A program made the position numbers and the translations under genes. A stretch of DNA of 64,000 nucleotides from Pseudomonadota bacterium. Its GTDB lineage: Bacteria; Desulfobacterota; Desulfobacteria; Desulfobacterales; RPRI01. The DNA lies in the NCBI GenBank assembly GCA_043825875.1, contig JBDRRF010000051.1:64001-128000 (forward strand), written 5' to 3'. How positions within the stretch are numbered: the first letter of the stretch is position 1; each line of letters starts with the position of its first letter. Under the pieces are notes generated by a model that had not been told where the DNA came from, did no database searches, and was given only the letters and a program-made list of their open reading frames with translations. This document shows positions 1 to 9,940 of this stretch, one piece after another.

Positions 1-390
1 GGAATCCCCTTTCTTTACCCCGGCGCAACAGCAATTCCGGGTCTGTTTCTTGCGGAAACACCGGGCATCAATGTTTCAAAGCGTAAAAAAGGCTATGCAG
101 CAGCCATCCAGGCGGCGGCAGTAATGCCAAGAGGTCCCAGGCAAAACAAGGGTTATACAATAGAAATAGATAAAGAGATTTGCAGGGGTTGTGGAAACTG
201 TATGAATGTCTGCCCATATCAGGCAATCAGACTTAATGTAAGCGATAATAACGGATGGCATGCTACCGTGGATGAAGCATTGTGCAAAGGCTGCGGAAGC
301 TGCATATCGGTATGCCCGTCTTCAGCAGCAGACAGCCCGTACCGTAATGAGACTTTTTTGGAACAGGCGCTTAAAGAGTTATTGGCGTAA
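1..390 (+). CDS. C-terminal part of an HdrA-like protein with two 4Fe-4S motifs (starts before the window)
   Basis: Frame 1 is open from base 1; CRGCGNCMNVCP and CKGCGSCISVCP ferredoxin motifs; lies directly upstream of mvhD/hdr genes. Confidence 0.75.
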   Translation, partial: GIPFLYPGATAIPGLFLAETPGINVSKRKKGYAAAIQAAAVMPRGPRQNKGYTIEIDKEICRGCGNCMNVCPYQAIRLNVSDNNGWHATVDEALCKGCGSCISVCPSSAADSPYRNETFLEQALKELLA

Positions 391-410
391 AATATCGGAC
401 TGATAATAAA

Positions 411-1988
411 ATGGATAACTTTAAAATAATACTTTTTTTATGTAACTGGGGTCCTCATGTGGCATTTCAGGATCTACAGGATAAAAGGGCGGATATCCCG
501 GCGGAAATTAAAATGGTCAGGATTCCATGCATCGGAAGAATTAGCAAATCACTGCTATTTAAACCTTTTGAAATGGGAGCAGACGGCGTATTGCTGATAG
601 GATGCAGCCCAGGTTCCTGCAGGTACGGAAGTGGAACGGACATAGCCTTACGAAACACGGAAGATACAAGACAAATCCTTGAGCTTATAGGTTTGAATAA
701 ACAACGTCTTCAGTTAAATACATTTTTACCTGACGAACCTGAGGAATTGCTGCAATTTCTTAAAAATTTCTGTGAAGAAATCAAAGCTATAGGCCCCAGC
801 CCGGTAACTTCCGATAAAGAAGATTTCAAAACGGATCATGCCTCCCTTGCCGAAATTATTTCAGCTCATGATATTTACGCCTGTCAGGATTGCGGGAAAT
901 GCACATCCTCCTGCCCGCTTACATTATCGGGAAAACCTTTTTCTCCGCGTGCTATTGCGAGCTCAATCATTGCAGGAAATATCGAATCCGAATCCGTACG
1001 GGAAGGGGTCTGGTCATGTCTTACTTGCGGCCTTTGTTACGACAGATGCCCATCGGCAGTCAATTTCCCTGATTTCATTAAAGACCTTCGCATATTTTTA
1101 AAACATAAAGATATAAAGGGACATGAATCACACGGCGGTTTTTTTCAATCTTTGATGCGCACAATGACTTCACCGGCAGTAAATACCAAAAGATGGGAAA
1201 ATCTGCCGGAAGATATCCGGATTGACCCCAAAAGTACTACTCTGTTTTTTGGCGGTTGTGCCCCTTATTTTGATAAGTTTTTCAAAAACAGTCTTGGCGT
1301 CAATGTCTCAAATATCAATATGGACAGCATTCGTCTTTTGAATTTCTTTGATATAATACCTTCAGTATTGCCAAACGAGAGATGCTGCGGCCATGATCTT
1401 TTATGGACAGGAGATATAGATAATTTCAAATCCCTCGGCAAGTTAAATGTTGACGCTATTAAGAATCTCGGCATTGAACAAGTAATAACAAGTTGCCCTG
1501 AATGCTACCGCACTTTATCTTATGACTATCCCCAAAATGGAATTGATATACCATTTGAAGTCACGCATATTTATGATTTTCTCGAAACGGAAATCAGCAA
1601 AGGAGCCGTTGATTTCAAGGAAACTGGCAAAAAAATAACATTTCAGGATTCATGCCGTTTAAGCAGGTTTGCAGATCATGCGGATCTTCCCAGAAAACTT
1701 TTACAACGTCTTAAGCCTGATGTATTTACTGAAATGCATGAAACGGGAACTGCCGCCATATGCTGCGGCAATACCGGCTGGACAGGCTGTGATTCGCACA
1801 GTAAAGCTCTTCAGGTAAAAAGGCTGAGGCAGGCCAGGGCAACCGGAAGCAACCTGCTTATAACATCATGTCCTAAATGCCAGATTCACCTCAAATGTGC
1901 AATGCAAGATCCTTTTTGCGGTGATGAACTGAGCATGGATGCCATGGATCTGACCAACATTATCGCCAAAACTATATACTGGAAATAA
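411..1988 (+). CDS. MvhD/FlpD-like domain fused to HdrC/HdrD-like (4Fe-4S plus CCG domains) oxidoreductase
   Basis: N-terminal FLCNW..RIPCIGR..GADGVLLIGC..CRY; CQDCGKCTSSCP and CLTCGLCYDRCP; two CCG motifs with SCPEC and SCPKC. Confidence 0.88.
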   Translation: MDNFKIILFLCNWGPHVAFQDLQDKRADIPAEIKMVRIPCIGRISKSLLFKPFEMGADGVLLIGCSPGSCRYGSGTDIALRNTEDTRQILELIGLNKQRLQLNTFLPDEPEELLQFLKNFCEEIKAIGPSPVTSDKEDFKTDHASLAEIISAHDIYACQDCGKCTSSCPLTLSGKPFSPRAIASSIIAGNIESESVREGVWSCLTCGLCYDRCPSAVNFPDFIKDLRIFLKHKDIKGHESHGGFFQSLMRTMTSPAVNTKRWENLPEDIRIDPKSTTLFFGGCAPYFDKFFKNSLGVNVSNINMDSIRLLNFFDIIPSVLPNERCCGHDLLWTGDIDNFKSLGKLNVDAIKNLGIEQVITSCPECYRTLSYDYPQNGIDIPFEVTHIYDFLETEISKGAVDFKETGKKITFQDSCRLSRFADHADLPRKLLQRLKPDVFTEMHETGTAAICCGNTGWTGCDSHSKALQVKRLRQARATGSNLLITSCPKCQIHLKCAMQDPFCGDELSMDAMDLTNIIAKTIYWK

Positions 1989-2053
1989 TATTTGCACTGC
2001 CGGATACATATAGGAAATATAAAAGTAATAAGATTTAAATATAAGGATTTAAG

Positions 2054-4495
2054 ATGAAAGCACAAACTCTTTCAGATCAATCATTGGCCCAAAAGCCTTC
2101 GGCTCGTATAGGAGTTTATATCTGCCAGTGCGGTTTAAATATCGCACAAACCGTTGATTGCAAACAGGTAGCACAATCCGCCGCAGAGCTTGAAAATGTT
2201 ATTGTGTCAAAAGATCTGGGTTATGCATGCTCAGAGCCCGGCCAGCATGAAATCATAAAAGATATTATCGAGTACGGCCTTGATCGTATAGTAATCGGTT
2301 CTTGCTCACCAAGACTTCATGAGCCTACGTTTCGCCAGATGATGCATGATGCGGGGCTGAATCCCTTTCTACTGGAAATGGCCAATCTCCGGGAGCAGTG
2401 CAGCTGGGTTCATATGAAAGAACCTGATGCGGCTACAAATAAAGCAACAGATCTTGTAAACATGTCTGTTTCCCGCGTCCGCGGACTTTTTCCTTTGTAT
2501 GAAGAAACATTGCCTCTTACAAAGCGCACCCTGATTATAGGAGGAGGCATCGCCGGTATTCAGGCAGCGCTTGATCTGGCCGATAATGGATACGATGTTG
2601 TGCTTGTTGAAAAAAAGCCGTCTATCGGCGGCACAATGGCTCAACTTGACAAGACGTTTCCCACAATGGACTGTTCCATCTGAATCCTCGGTCCCAAGAT
2701 GACGGATGCCGGTCGGCATCCACGCATAAAACTTCTTACCATGAGTGAAGTTGTCAATGTTAAAGGCTATGTCGGAAACTTTGATGTAAAAATCTTAAAA
2801 CGCGCCCGCTATGTAGATGAAAAAGAATGCACAGCCTGCGGGGATTGCGTAAAAGTCTGCCCGGTAGTACGCCCGGATGAATTCAATATGGGCTTGTCTT
2901 CACGAAAAGCTATCTATTCTCCTTTTCCACAGGCAGTTCCTTCAGCGTATGCAATTAATGTCAATGAATGCCTGGGCCATAATCCTGCGGTTTGTTCCAA
3001 ATGTGTTGATGCATGCGAAAAGAAATGTATTAATTTTCATATGTCGGATGAGGAACTTACCGAAAGTGTGGGCTCCATTATTGTCGCTACAGGGCTTGAA
3101 CCATATGATCCCACAGAACTTGACGAATACGGATACACACGGTTTGAAAACGTAGTCACCAGTCTTGAGCTTGAACGCATAATAAATGCAGGCGGCCCTG
3201 CCAAGGGAGAGCTTATAAGCCCCAAAAACCAAAAACGCCCAAAATCCATAGGATTCATTCAGTGTGTGGGATCACGTTCCGCACGAAAAGGAAACAGCTA
3301 TTGTTCAAATATCTGCTGCATGAATACTATTAAAAGCACACTGGCAATTAAAGAACATTATCCTGATATTGATATAAAAGTATTTTACATTGATATCCGC
3401 GCTTTCGGGAAAGGATTTGAAGATTTATATATAAGAAGCCGAAGGCTTGGTGTTCAGTACCTAAGAGGTCTGCCAGGCACTGTTGAAGAACGCCCCGATG
3501 GCGGCTTACATGTTGCTGTGGAAAATACGGCAAGCGGAAAACTGGAATTTCATGATCTGGATATGCTTGTGCTGGCATTAGGCATACAGCCCGCCAAGGG
3601 CACTCAAAAAATTCAGGAAATGCTCGGCCTTCAGTTATCACCCGATGGTTTTTTCCTGGAAGCACACCCCAAGCTTTTGCCGGTAGATGCCGCCACACGC
3701 GGAGTTTTTTATGCCGGATGCGCCGAATCTCCTAAAGACATAAAGGAATCCGTAACCCAGGCTTCCGCCGCTGCAGCACGGGCAATACGCCTTATGCATA
3801 AAGGCACCATAACCACGGAACCGATAACATCCGAGATAATAGAAGAACATTGCAAAGCCTGCGGAAAATGCGCACAAGTATGCCCCTATAATGCCATTAC
3901 TGTCGATGTAAAGAAAAAGACCCCGGCAGTTGTAAATTCAGCGGCCTGCGCCGGGTGCGGCACATGTGCGGCTGAATGTGCTTTCGGGGCAATCATTATG
4001 AACCATTTCACCGATGAGCAGATTACAAGCCAAATCGATGTAATGCTTGATCTAAAACCTCAAGAAAAAATTCTTACTTTCGCCTGCAACTGGTGTTCTT
4101 ATGCAGGTGCGGACTACGCAGGAGTTTCGCGACTTCAGTATCCGCCCAACAGCCGGCTTATTCGCACAATGTGTTCGGGAAGAGTTGATGAGAAATTTAT
4201 ATGGAGGGGATTTGAAAAAGGAGCGCCAATTATATTGGTAAGCGGATGCCATATAGGAGACTGTCACTATATAGACGCTAATCACTGGACAGTTAAACGG
4301 GTTGAAAAAGTCCACAAGAAAATGGAAAAACTCGGCATAAGAAAAGAACGCCTTCAGCTTGAATGGATCAGCGCTGCAGAAGGCATTCGCTTTGCCAATG
4401 TTATGAAAAAAATGGAAACACTAAGACGCAGTGTTTCTCAGGAAGAAATTGAAAAAACCATAGATATATTAAAGAATAAAAACAAGGATGATTAA
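2054..4495 (+). CDS. hdrA: Heterodisulfide reductase subunit A-like flavoprotein with C-terminal MvhD domain; selenoprotein (UGA at 2681-2683 read as Sec)
   Basis: ORFs 2054-2683 and 2699-4495 are in frame; junction reads KTFPTMDCSI-UGA-ILGPKM where HdrA has Cys; GGGIAG FAD motif, CVGSR and CSNICC motifs, C-terminal CNWCSY/CSGR/GCHIGDCHY. Confidence 0.93.
2704..2721 (+). promoter_or_regulatory. Candidate bacterial SECIS hairpin
   Basis: GGATGCC-GGTC-GGCATCC perfect stem with G/U-containing loop about 28 nt after the in-frame UGA. Confidence 0.8.
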
Positions 4496-4510
4496 CCGTT
4501 AATGGTTATT

Positions 4511-4674
4511 AGGTTCAGGGTTCAGGGTTCAGGGTTCAGGGTTCAAGGTTCAAGGTTCAAGGTTCAGGGTTCAAGGTTCAGGGTTCACGGTTCAAAGTTC
4601 ACGGTTCAGGGTTCAGGGTTCAAGGTTCAAGGTTCAGGGTTCAGGGTTCACGGTTCAAAGTTCACGGTTCAAGG
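4511..4674 (+). repeat. 7-bp tandem repeat (GGTTCAG/GGTTCAA/GGTTCAC), about 23 units
   Basis: Directly visible; the same family occurs in reverse orientation at 61467-61553. Confidence 0.95.
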
Positions 4675-4761
4675 TTGGTTGTGTTAAGCCTTTCACAGCT
4701 TCTTAACCGTGGACCGGTATGTTCATGATTAATATTTGCGCCAACTACATAGAAGAAGAAT

Positions 4762-5196
4762 CTAATTTTTTTTGATGATTTTTAGGTCTTTGCCGTCAGC
4801 TTTCGCAAACACAAATGAAAGGCTCCCACCTAATGCCATCATTATATAAACAGCTGCTACGCTTATCAGTATATTAAAAACAATTAAACTTATCAGATTA
4901 AAATTATATCTGAAAGGTGTTAAGAAAGTAATAACAATAACAATAGAAATTATTATACTAAGTGTTACGGCAACTTTATTTAGATGCTTCCATCTGTTAT
5001 ATTCTATCAAACATCCTGAGATACAAAATGCAATTACCCCAAGAAGAATATTAAAAATCAGAAGCACAGGTCTTGACGGATTCGGACCAAAAATAAATGG
5101 CACAGCCAAAAAACCAATGATAGCTATTACTATAAACATGATGGTATCCCTGACAACGGCAGCCCATCCTTTCAATTTTAAGATATAAAACGGCAT
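4762..5196 (-). CDS. Hypothetical membrane protein (about 4 TM segments)
   Basis: 144-aa ORF with hydrophobic segments; AAGG upstream. Confidence 0.6.
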   Translation of the reverse strand: MPFYILKLKGWAAVVRDTIMFIVIAIIGFLAVPFIFGPNPSRPVLLIFNILLGVIAFCISGCLIEYNRWKHLNKVAVTLSIIISIVIVITFLTPFRYNFNLISLIVFNILISVAAVYIMMALGGSLSFVFAKADGKDLKIIKKN

Positions 5197-5221
5197 TTAT
5201 AACCTTTCATAGTGTTATTCT

Positions 5222-5341
5222 AAGGGTTCGGGGATTCGAGGATTCAAGGCTTCAAGTGTTCAAGTGTTTATTTTCCAATGATTTTATCAGAGCTTTTGAG
5301 CATTCCACTTGAACCCTTGACCCCTCGACCCTTGAACCCTT
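5222..5341. repeat. Palindromic element built of 8-mer units (GGATTCAA/GGGTTCGA arm, TTGAACCC arm), copy 1
   Basis: Inverted arms around an AT-rich spacer; relatives at 5941, 37604 and 40062. Confidence 0.85.
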
Positions 5342-5349
5342 TTGTCTTA

Positions 5350-5904
5350 CTACCTCGAATACAAAGCTGTCAGCGTTGCTTTTGCCAGGGCATGTTGGTT
5401 TAAATAAAATCCTACCATTGCTCCTGAAGCATTGGCATCAAGCGGCAGTTTTTCAATATCCAATGCAAATACTGTAAATATATATCTATGCGGTTTATCG
5501 CCGGCAGGAGGGCATGCGCCACCATATCCGGGCTTGCCGTAATCTGTAATACTTTGTATGCTGCCGGCAGGAGCCAAATTTAATGCCGGATCTCCGGCAT
5601 TTTCCTTAAGATTATCAACTGCCACAGGTATATTAAAAATCACCCAGTGCCACCAGCCGCTTCCTGTAGGGGCATCAGGATCATATACTGTTACTGCAAA
5701 ACTTTTTGTATCAGCCGGAGCGCCTGCCCAACTTAAAGCCGGTGATTGATTTTTTCCCGTACAGCCAAAACCCAAAAAGACCTGATCTATGGTAAGATTT
5801 TTACCGGACTCAAGCTGAGGGCTGCTTAACATAAAATCCTGAGCAAAAGAAATACTTGCAATCATTACAGCAAATATAAAAGTTAAAATAAGTTTTTTTA
5901 CCAT
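5350..5904 (-). CDS. YbhB/YbcL family (PEBP/Raf kinase inhibitor-like) periplasmic protein
   Basis: YDPDAPTGSGWWHW and GACPP..HRYIFTVFAL motifs; signal peptide from MVKK. Confidence 0.93.
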   Translation of the reverse strand: MVKKLILTFIFAVMIASISFAQDFMLSSPQLESGKNLTIDQVFLGFGCTGKNQSPALSWAGAPADTKSFAVTVYDPDAPTGSGWWHWVIFNIPVAVDNLKENAGDPALNLAPAGSIQSITDYGKPGYGGACPPAGDKPHRYIFTVFALDIEKLPLDANASGAMVGFYLNQHALAKATLTALYSR

Positions 5905-5940
5905 TTCCTTTGTCCTTTCCAAAGTATTAACATTAAAAAG

Positions 5941-6087
5941 GGGGCAAGGATTCAAGGGGTCGAGGGGTCAAGATATTGTTTTTAAGGGGTATTGGTATTA
6001 ACCGCCGAATACTTAAATCATGCTATATGCTTGGATCATATATCAGCATTTCACTTGAACCCTGGAACCCTGGGACCCTTGAACCCT
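5941..6087. repeat. 8-mer palindromic element, copy 2
   Basis: GGATTCAAGGGGTCGAGGGGTCAAG ... CTTGAACCCTGGAACCCTGGGACCCTTGAACCCT. Confidence 0.85.
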
Positions 6088-6102
6088 CAAGTAGTATCGG
6101 CC

Positions 6103-6873
6103 TCAGCCGGTACCACTTGATTTAATTTTTCCAACAGGTGCAAGATATATGGCAAATTCATCCGTTCCGTCAACACCTAAAAGGCTATCTAATTCTTCCT
6201 GATCATAAGCTCCTATGGCGCAGGTTCCTGCATTTATGGCTTCACAGGCAAGATAAAGATTCTGGCAAACATGACCGGCATCCAACAAAATAACCCTGTG
6301 AGCCGCCAGGTAGTATCTCCACTCCATTCGGTATGGTATGGTAGTCCATACAAATGTAACAGCCCCCCTTGATACATAATTTTGCCCGAAGCAGGCATGG
6401 GTGAGTTGTTGTTCCATATATTCCATTTCGTCAAGAAACAAAAGTTCGTTTTCAACAGGCAGATAACGATAAAGTCCTTTTTTCACACCATCAACATGCA
6501 TTATAAAAAGATATGTCTCGAAACTATGGCGCGCTCCGGCAGAAGGTACTGTACGAAATGAAGGGTTCGAGCCGTCGGATTTTCTTATCCCCTGTGTAGC
6601 CCAAAGCAAAAAAGACAGTTCTTCAATACTCAATTCTTCCAAAGAATAATTCCGCCTGCTTTTCCTGGCAGATATCGCAGAAACCAGTTCTTTCTTTTTT
6701 ATCTTCTCCGGCCATTGGTCAAAAGCTTTTAATGGAATGCGGACGGAAGCGGGATTAAAAGGCTTTTCCACAGGCGGGGCAGGTATTCCCTGACTCTGAT
6801 CCGTATTTCTAAAATTAATAGACTTTCTTATAGTGTCTTTTAAAAAATATCTATACTGTTCTATTGAATTCAT
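6103..6873 (-). CDS. SagB/ThcOx family nitroreductase-like dehydrogenase
   Basis: RKSRR, LLWATQG, RTVPSAGARH, DAGHVCQNLYL motifs. Confidence 0.9.
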   Translation of the reverse strand: MNSIEQYRYFLKDTIRKSINFRNTDQSQGIPAPPVEKPFNPASVRIPLKAFDQWPEKIKKKELVSAISARKSRRNYSLEELSIEELSFLLWATQGIRKSDGSNPSFRTVPSAGARHSFETYLFIMHVDGVKKGLYRYLPVENELLFLDEMEYMEQQLTHACFGQNYVSRGAVTFVWTTIPYRMEWRYYLAAHRVILLDAGHVCQNLYLACEAINAGTCAIGAYDQEELDSLLGVDGTDEFAIYLAPVGKIKSSGTG

Positions 6874-6891
6874 ATGAATATATCCATCAAA

Positions 6892-7479
6892 TCAGCTTTT
6901 GATTACACATTTCCATCCGCTTTTGGCTGGTTTATGCGGTTTAAAAGATGCCCCTTCTATTGAAAGCAACTTTGATTTAGTATCAAGTCCTCCGTAAGCT
7001 GAGAATCCTCCAAGCTTTCCGCCCGCAGCCAGAACCCTATGACAGGGAATGATCAGTATGATTGGATTTTTCCCAAGTGCCTGCCCTACGGCACGGGAGG
7101 CAGAAGGACATTTTAAGGCCTTTGCAAGTTCGCCATATGTTGCCGTTTTTCCTGCCGGAATTTTTCTGGCAGCTCCAAATACCTTTTGCGCAAAGGAACT
7201 TGCTATCGGAAATTCAACGACAACATCCCGAAAATCCTGCAATTCACCATCAAGATGACTGCACACTTTTCTGATAATTTTGGTAATTGCAAGAGGAGGC
7301 AAACTTGATTTGCGCGCACAGGATTTTTCCACTATTTTACATTCCGTTAACTTTCTTGTTGCTTCAGGAAGATGAAGGCAAGTAACAGCAGGAATACTTG
7401 AAGGATCATCATCTTCAACCCAGGAAATTCCGCAAGGGCCAAGCGATGTATCAAAAATACTATATGCTGACAGCTTCAT
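6892..7479 (-). CDS. ogt: Methylated-DNA-protein-cysteine S-methyltransferase
   Basis: TYGELA..RAVGQALGKNP..IPCHRV active-site motif. Confidence 0.92.
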   Translation of the reverse strand: MKLSAYSIFDTSLGPCGISWVEDDDPSSIPAVTCLHLPEATRKLTECKIVEKSCARKSSLPPLAITKIIRKVCSHLDGELQDFRDVVVEFPIASSFAQKVFGAARKIPAGKTATYGELAKALKCPSASRAVGQALGKNPIILIIPCHRVLAAGGKLGGFSAYGGLDTKSKLLSIEGASFKPHKPAKSGWKCVIKS

Positions 7480-7546
7480 TGGGATACCTCCTAACGTTGA
7501 TTAAATATGACCGTTGTATATTTTCATAAACCAAGAAAATATAATA

Positions 7547-8062
7547 TTAGCTCTCAATACCTTTTCTTGCCTGAATTCCATGCTGATAGTAATGCTTGAT
7601 TTCAACCATCTCCGTTACCAGATCAGCTTCGGCTATAACACGCGGATCGGCTCTCCTTCCTGTGATTACAAGCTCAACATCAACAGGTTTTTCATGAATA
7701 AATTTCAAAAGATCATCAACGGAAAAAAGCTTGAAATAGGTAGCGATATTGGCCTCATCAAGTATAATCAGGTTATAAATGCCGCCTGTCATGATATTAT
7801 GAACTTCTTTCAGCCCTTCACGGGCAAGCCTTATATCTTCTTCAGTGGGCGCTTGCTTGATAAAACAGTCACGCCCATACTGTTTTAGCACTATATCATC
7901 AGAAATAGTTTTCAGCGAACTTAATTCGCTATAATCCATTCCTTTTACAAATTGAGCGATGTATACCTTGAGGCCCGCACCGGCCGCCCGAAGCGCCAAA
8001 CCAATGGCTGCTGTTGTTTTTCCCTTGCCGTCTCCAGTATATACCTGAACATATCCCTTCAT
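7547..8062 (-). CDS. cobO: Cob(I)yrinic acid a,c-diamide adenosyltransferase (CobO/BtuR)
   Basis: YTGDGKGKTTAA, QFVKG, LDEA, VITGR, ADLVTEM motifs. Confidence 0.93.
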   Translation of the reverse strand: MKGYVQVYTGDGKGKTTAAIGLALRAAGAGLKVYIAQFVKGMDYSELSSLKTISDDIVLKQYGRDCFIKQAPTEEDIRLAREGLKEVHNIMTGGIYNLIILDEANIATYFKLFSVDDLLKFIHEKPVDVELVITGRRADPRVIAEADLVTEMVEIKHYYQHGIQARKGIES

Positions 8063-8163
8063 ATTAATGCCTCATTTTTTCATTATATTTGCCCCGGCAA
8101 ACAAAAATTATATAAAATCCACTTTGTTTTCCGGCTGTTTCATGGCATATTATTTTGATGCTT

Positions 8164-8305
8164 GAGCCACTTTCAAAACGTTTCAGTTTGGTCAAACTCA
8201 AGGCGGGCGAAAATTTCAACCACAGGAATACATTGAGTATTTCGAGGATTGAAATTTGAGCCCAACGCAGAGATCGGCCAAAATGGGGCGTTTTGAAACT
8301 GGCTT
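8164..8305 (+). mobile_element. 142-bp MITE-like element, copy 1
   Basis: Terminal inverted repeats GAGCCACTTTCAAAACG / CGTTTTGAAACTGGCT; four near-identical copies in the window. Confidence 0.88.
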
Positions 8306-8435
8306 GATTGATTTAATATATCATAAATATTGATAGATGTAACTATTTTCATCATCCGTTGATATCAGGTCTTACCAAAAAGGCTGAGCATTTATACCGG
8401 ATTTAACACAAATGAATAATTAAAGGAGCAAACAT

Positions 8436-9296
8436 TTGGAAATCACAAAAGATATCAATTTATACATCTTGGGTGCAGGCAAAGTGGGCATGAGTATTGT
8501 TCAGGCATTTGCACAAAAAGGTTTTAAGGTTACAGCTATTGATATATCGGAAAACAATCTGAAAGACGGTTTGGACAAAATACAAAATAACCTGGATCAT
8601 TTGATCGGCAAAGGTAAATTTGAAAAGGATCAAAAAGAACTTATTCTGGGAAGAATAAAACAAAGCACAAACTTTGATGATCTTTCAAATGCCGATGTAG
8701 TAATAGAAGCTGTGTTTGAAGATATTGATCTTAAGAAAAAACTTTTTAAACAAATTGATAACTGTGTCATTTCCAAAGAAGCGCTTTTACTTACAAACAC
8801 ATCTTCACTTTCTATATCAGCTATTGCATCAGCAACAAAAAGGCCAGGGTTTGTTGCCGGAATGCATTTTTTCAACCCTGTGCCTGTAATGAAACTGGTT
8901 GAAATCGTAAGAGGTGTCGAAACGTTAGATGATACCGTAAAAAATATTCAAGAGCTTGCCAAGCTTTTAAATAAAACAACAATTATTTCAAAAGACAGCC
9001 CCGGTTTTATTGTTAACAGGCTGCTTAATGCACTGTTTGTAGAGGCATGCAGAATTGTAGAAGAAGGAGTTGGCACACCGCGCGATATTGATACCGGCTT
9101 AAAACTTGGGCTGGGCCATCCCAACGGGCCTTTTGAGTTAATTGATAATCTCGATGCTATCCCTTTAATAATAGAGGTATGTGAACATATGTCGCAAGAA
9201 CTGGGGCCCCGCTTTAAACCGCCTGTTTGGATAAAAAATTATGAAAAGGCGGGAAGAACAGGTAAGAGCAGTGGAAAAGGGATATATGAGTACTAG
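8436..9296 (+). CDS. 3-hydroxyacyl-CoA (3-hydroxybutyryl-CoA) dehydrogenase
   Basis: GAGKVG, VIEAVFE, TNTSSL, GMHFFNP, PGFIVNR; TTG start with AGGAG. Confidence 0.92.
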   Translation: MEITKDINLYILGAGKVGMSIVQAFAQKGFKVTAIDISENNLKDGLDKIQNNLDHLIGKGKFEKDQKELILGRIKQSTNFDDLSNADVVIEAVFEDIDLKKKLFKQIDNCVISKEALLLTNTSSLSISAIASATKRPGFVAGMHFFNPVPVMKLVEIVRGVETLDDTVKNIQELAKLLNKTTIISKDSPGFIVNRLLNALFVEACRIVEEGVGTPRDIDTGLKLGLGHPNGPFELIDNLDAIPLIIEVCEHMSQELGPRFKPPVWIKNYEKAGRTGKSSGKGIYEY

Positions 9297-9429
9297 GCAG
9301 CTTGTAATCGTAAAGCGAATATCTTAAGTTTTTTACGGTTCATATTTTGTACGAATTCCTTCTTTTGAGAAATACCTATGTAGAGGCCGGGTAACAAATG
9401 TACCTCTTTCATTGGGATATTAGTAAAAT

Positions 9430-9870
9430 TTAATTTGCATAATAATACCTTACGATTGCCATACCTAATGCAAAAAGGTAACCGTAAAAAAACGAATCAA
9501 TTCTTATTAAATCTTGCCCTCGTTTTTTTCTAAGTGCTCCTATCACTGACATAGAAATGCCAGCTAAAATGGGAGTAAAAACCAGACTCATTATTCTAAA
9601 GGATTTCTGGTGAATCAAAGAATGCCGGAACAAAAACAAGCTTAGCCCGCCAATTATTGCACCCCATAGAAGATAACCAATTGCAGCTAAGAAAGGATTC
9701 CGCTGCTTATTCCTGTTGAATGATTCAACAAGGCCACGAAAACCGAACTCAAATAGCCCTTCGCCTAATATTTGCAATAATACTTCACCAAATGTTCCAA
9801 CAAGGATTTCAAAAAGAACAGGAACAAATTCTACAATGCATTGTATGACTATTTCGAAAATAATTTCCAT
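9430..9870 (-). CDS. Hypothetical membrane protein (cassette-like)
   Basis: 146-aa hydrophobic ORF. Confidence 0.7.
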   Translation of the reverse strand: MEIIFEIVIQCIVEFVPVLFEILVGTFGEVLLQILGEGLFEFGFRGLVESFNRNKQRNPFLAAIGYLLWGAIIGGLSLFLFRHSLIHQKSFRIMSLVFTPILAGISMSVIGALRKKRGQDLIRIDSFFYGYLFALGMAIVRYYYAN

Positions 9871-9922
9871 TAATATTTAGGTGCTTTGCTTACGTGCATC
9901 GTTTTCGACCAGCGGGTTAGAT
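9868..9922 (-). other. Degenerate attC-like site
   Basis: Minus-strand ATCTAAC (RYYYAAC) 19 nt after the radical SAM stop; the right end is ATTAATG rather than GTTRRRY. Confidence 0.45.
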
Positions 9923-9940
9923 TCCAACACCATCATGATC

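Noticed and set aside
2681..2683. Nonsense mutation making hdrA a pseudogene
   Set aside because: The UGA sits at a conserved Cys with a SECIS-like hairpin, and selA is present.
4502..4687. 61-aa ORF of RVQGSGF repeats
   Set aside because: Translation artefact of the 7-bp tandem repeat; the same applies to 61434-61616.
4511..6087. CRISPR array
   Set aside because: No constant repeats with unique equal-length spacers and no cas genes.
6103..6873. RiPP (azole) biosynthesis cluster around the SagB-like gene
   Set aside because: No YcaO enzyme or precursor peptide nearby; stand-alone SagB-type nitroreductases are common in anaerobes.
8173..8355. Short ORFs over the 142-bp repeat (also 26375-26560, 45355-45633)
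   Set aside because: They are read through MITE sequence and have no protein features.
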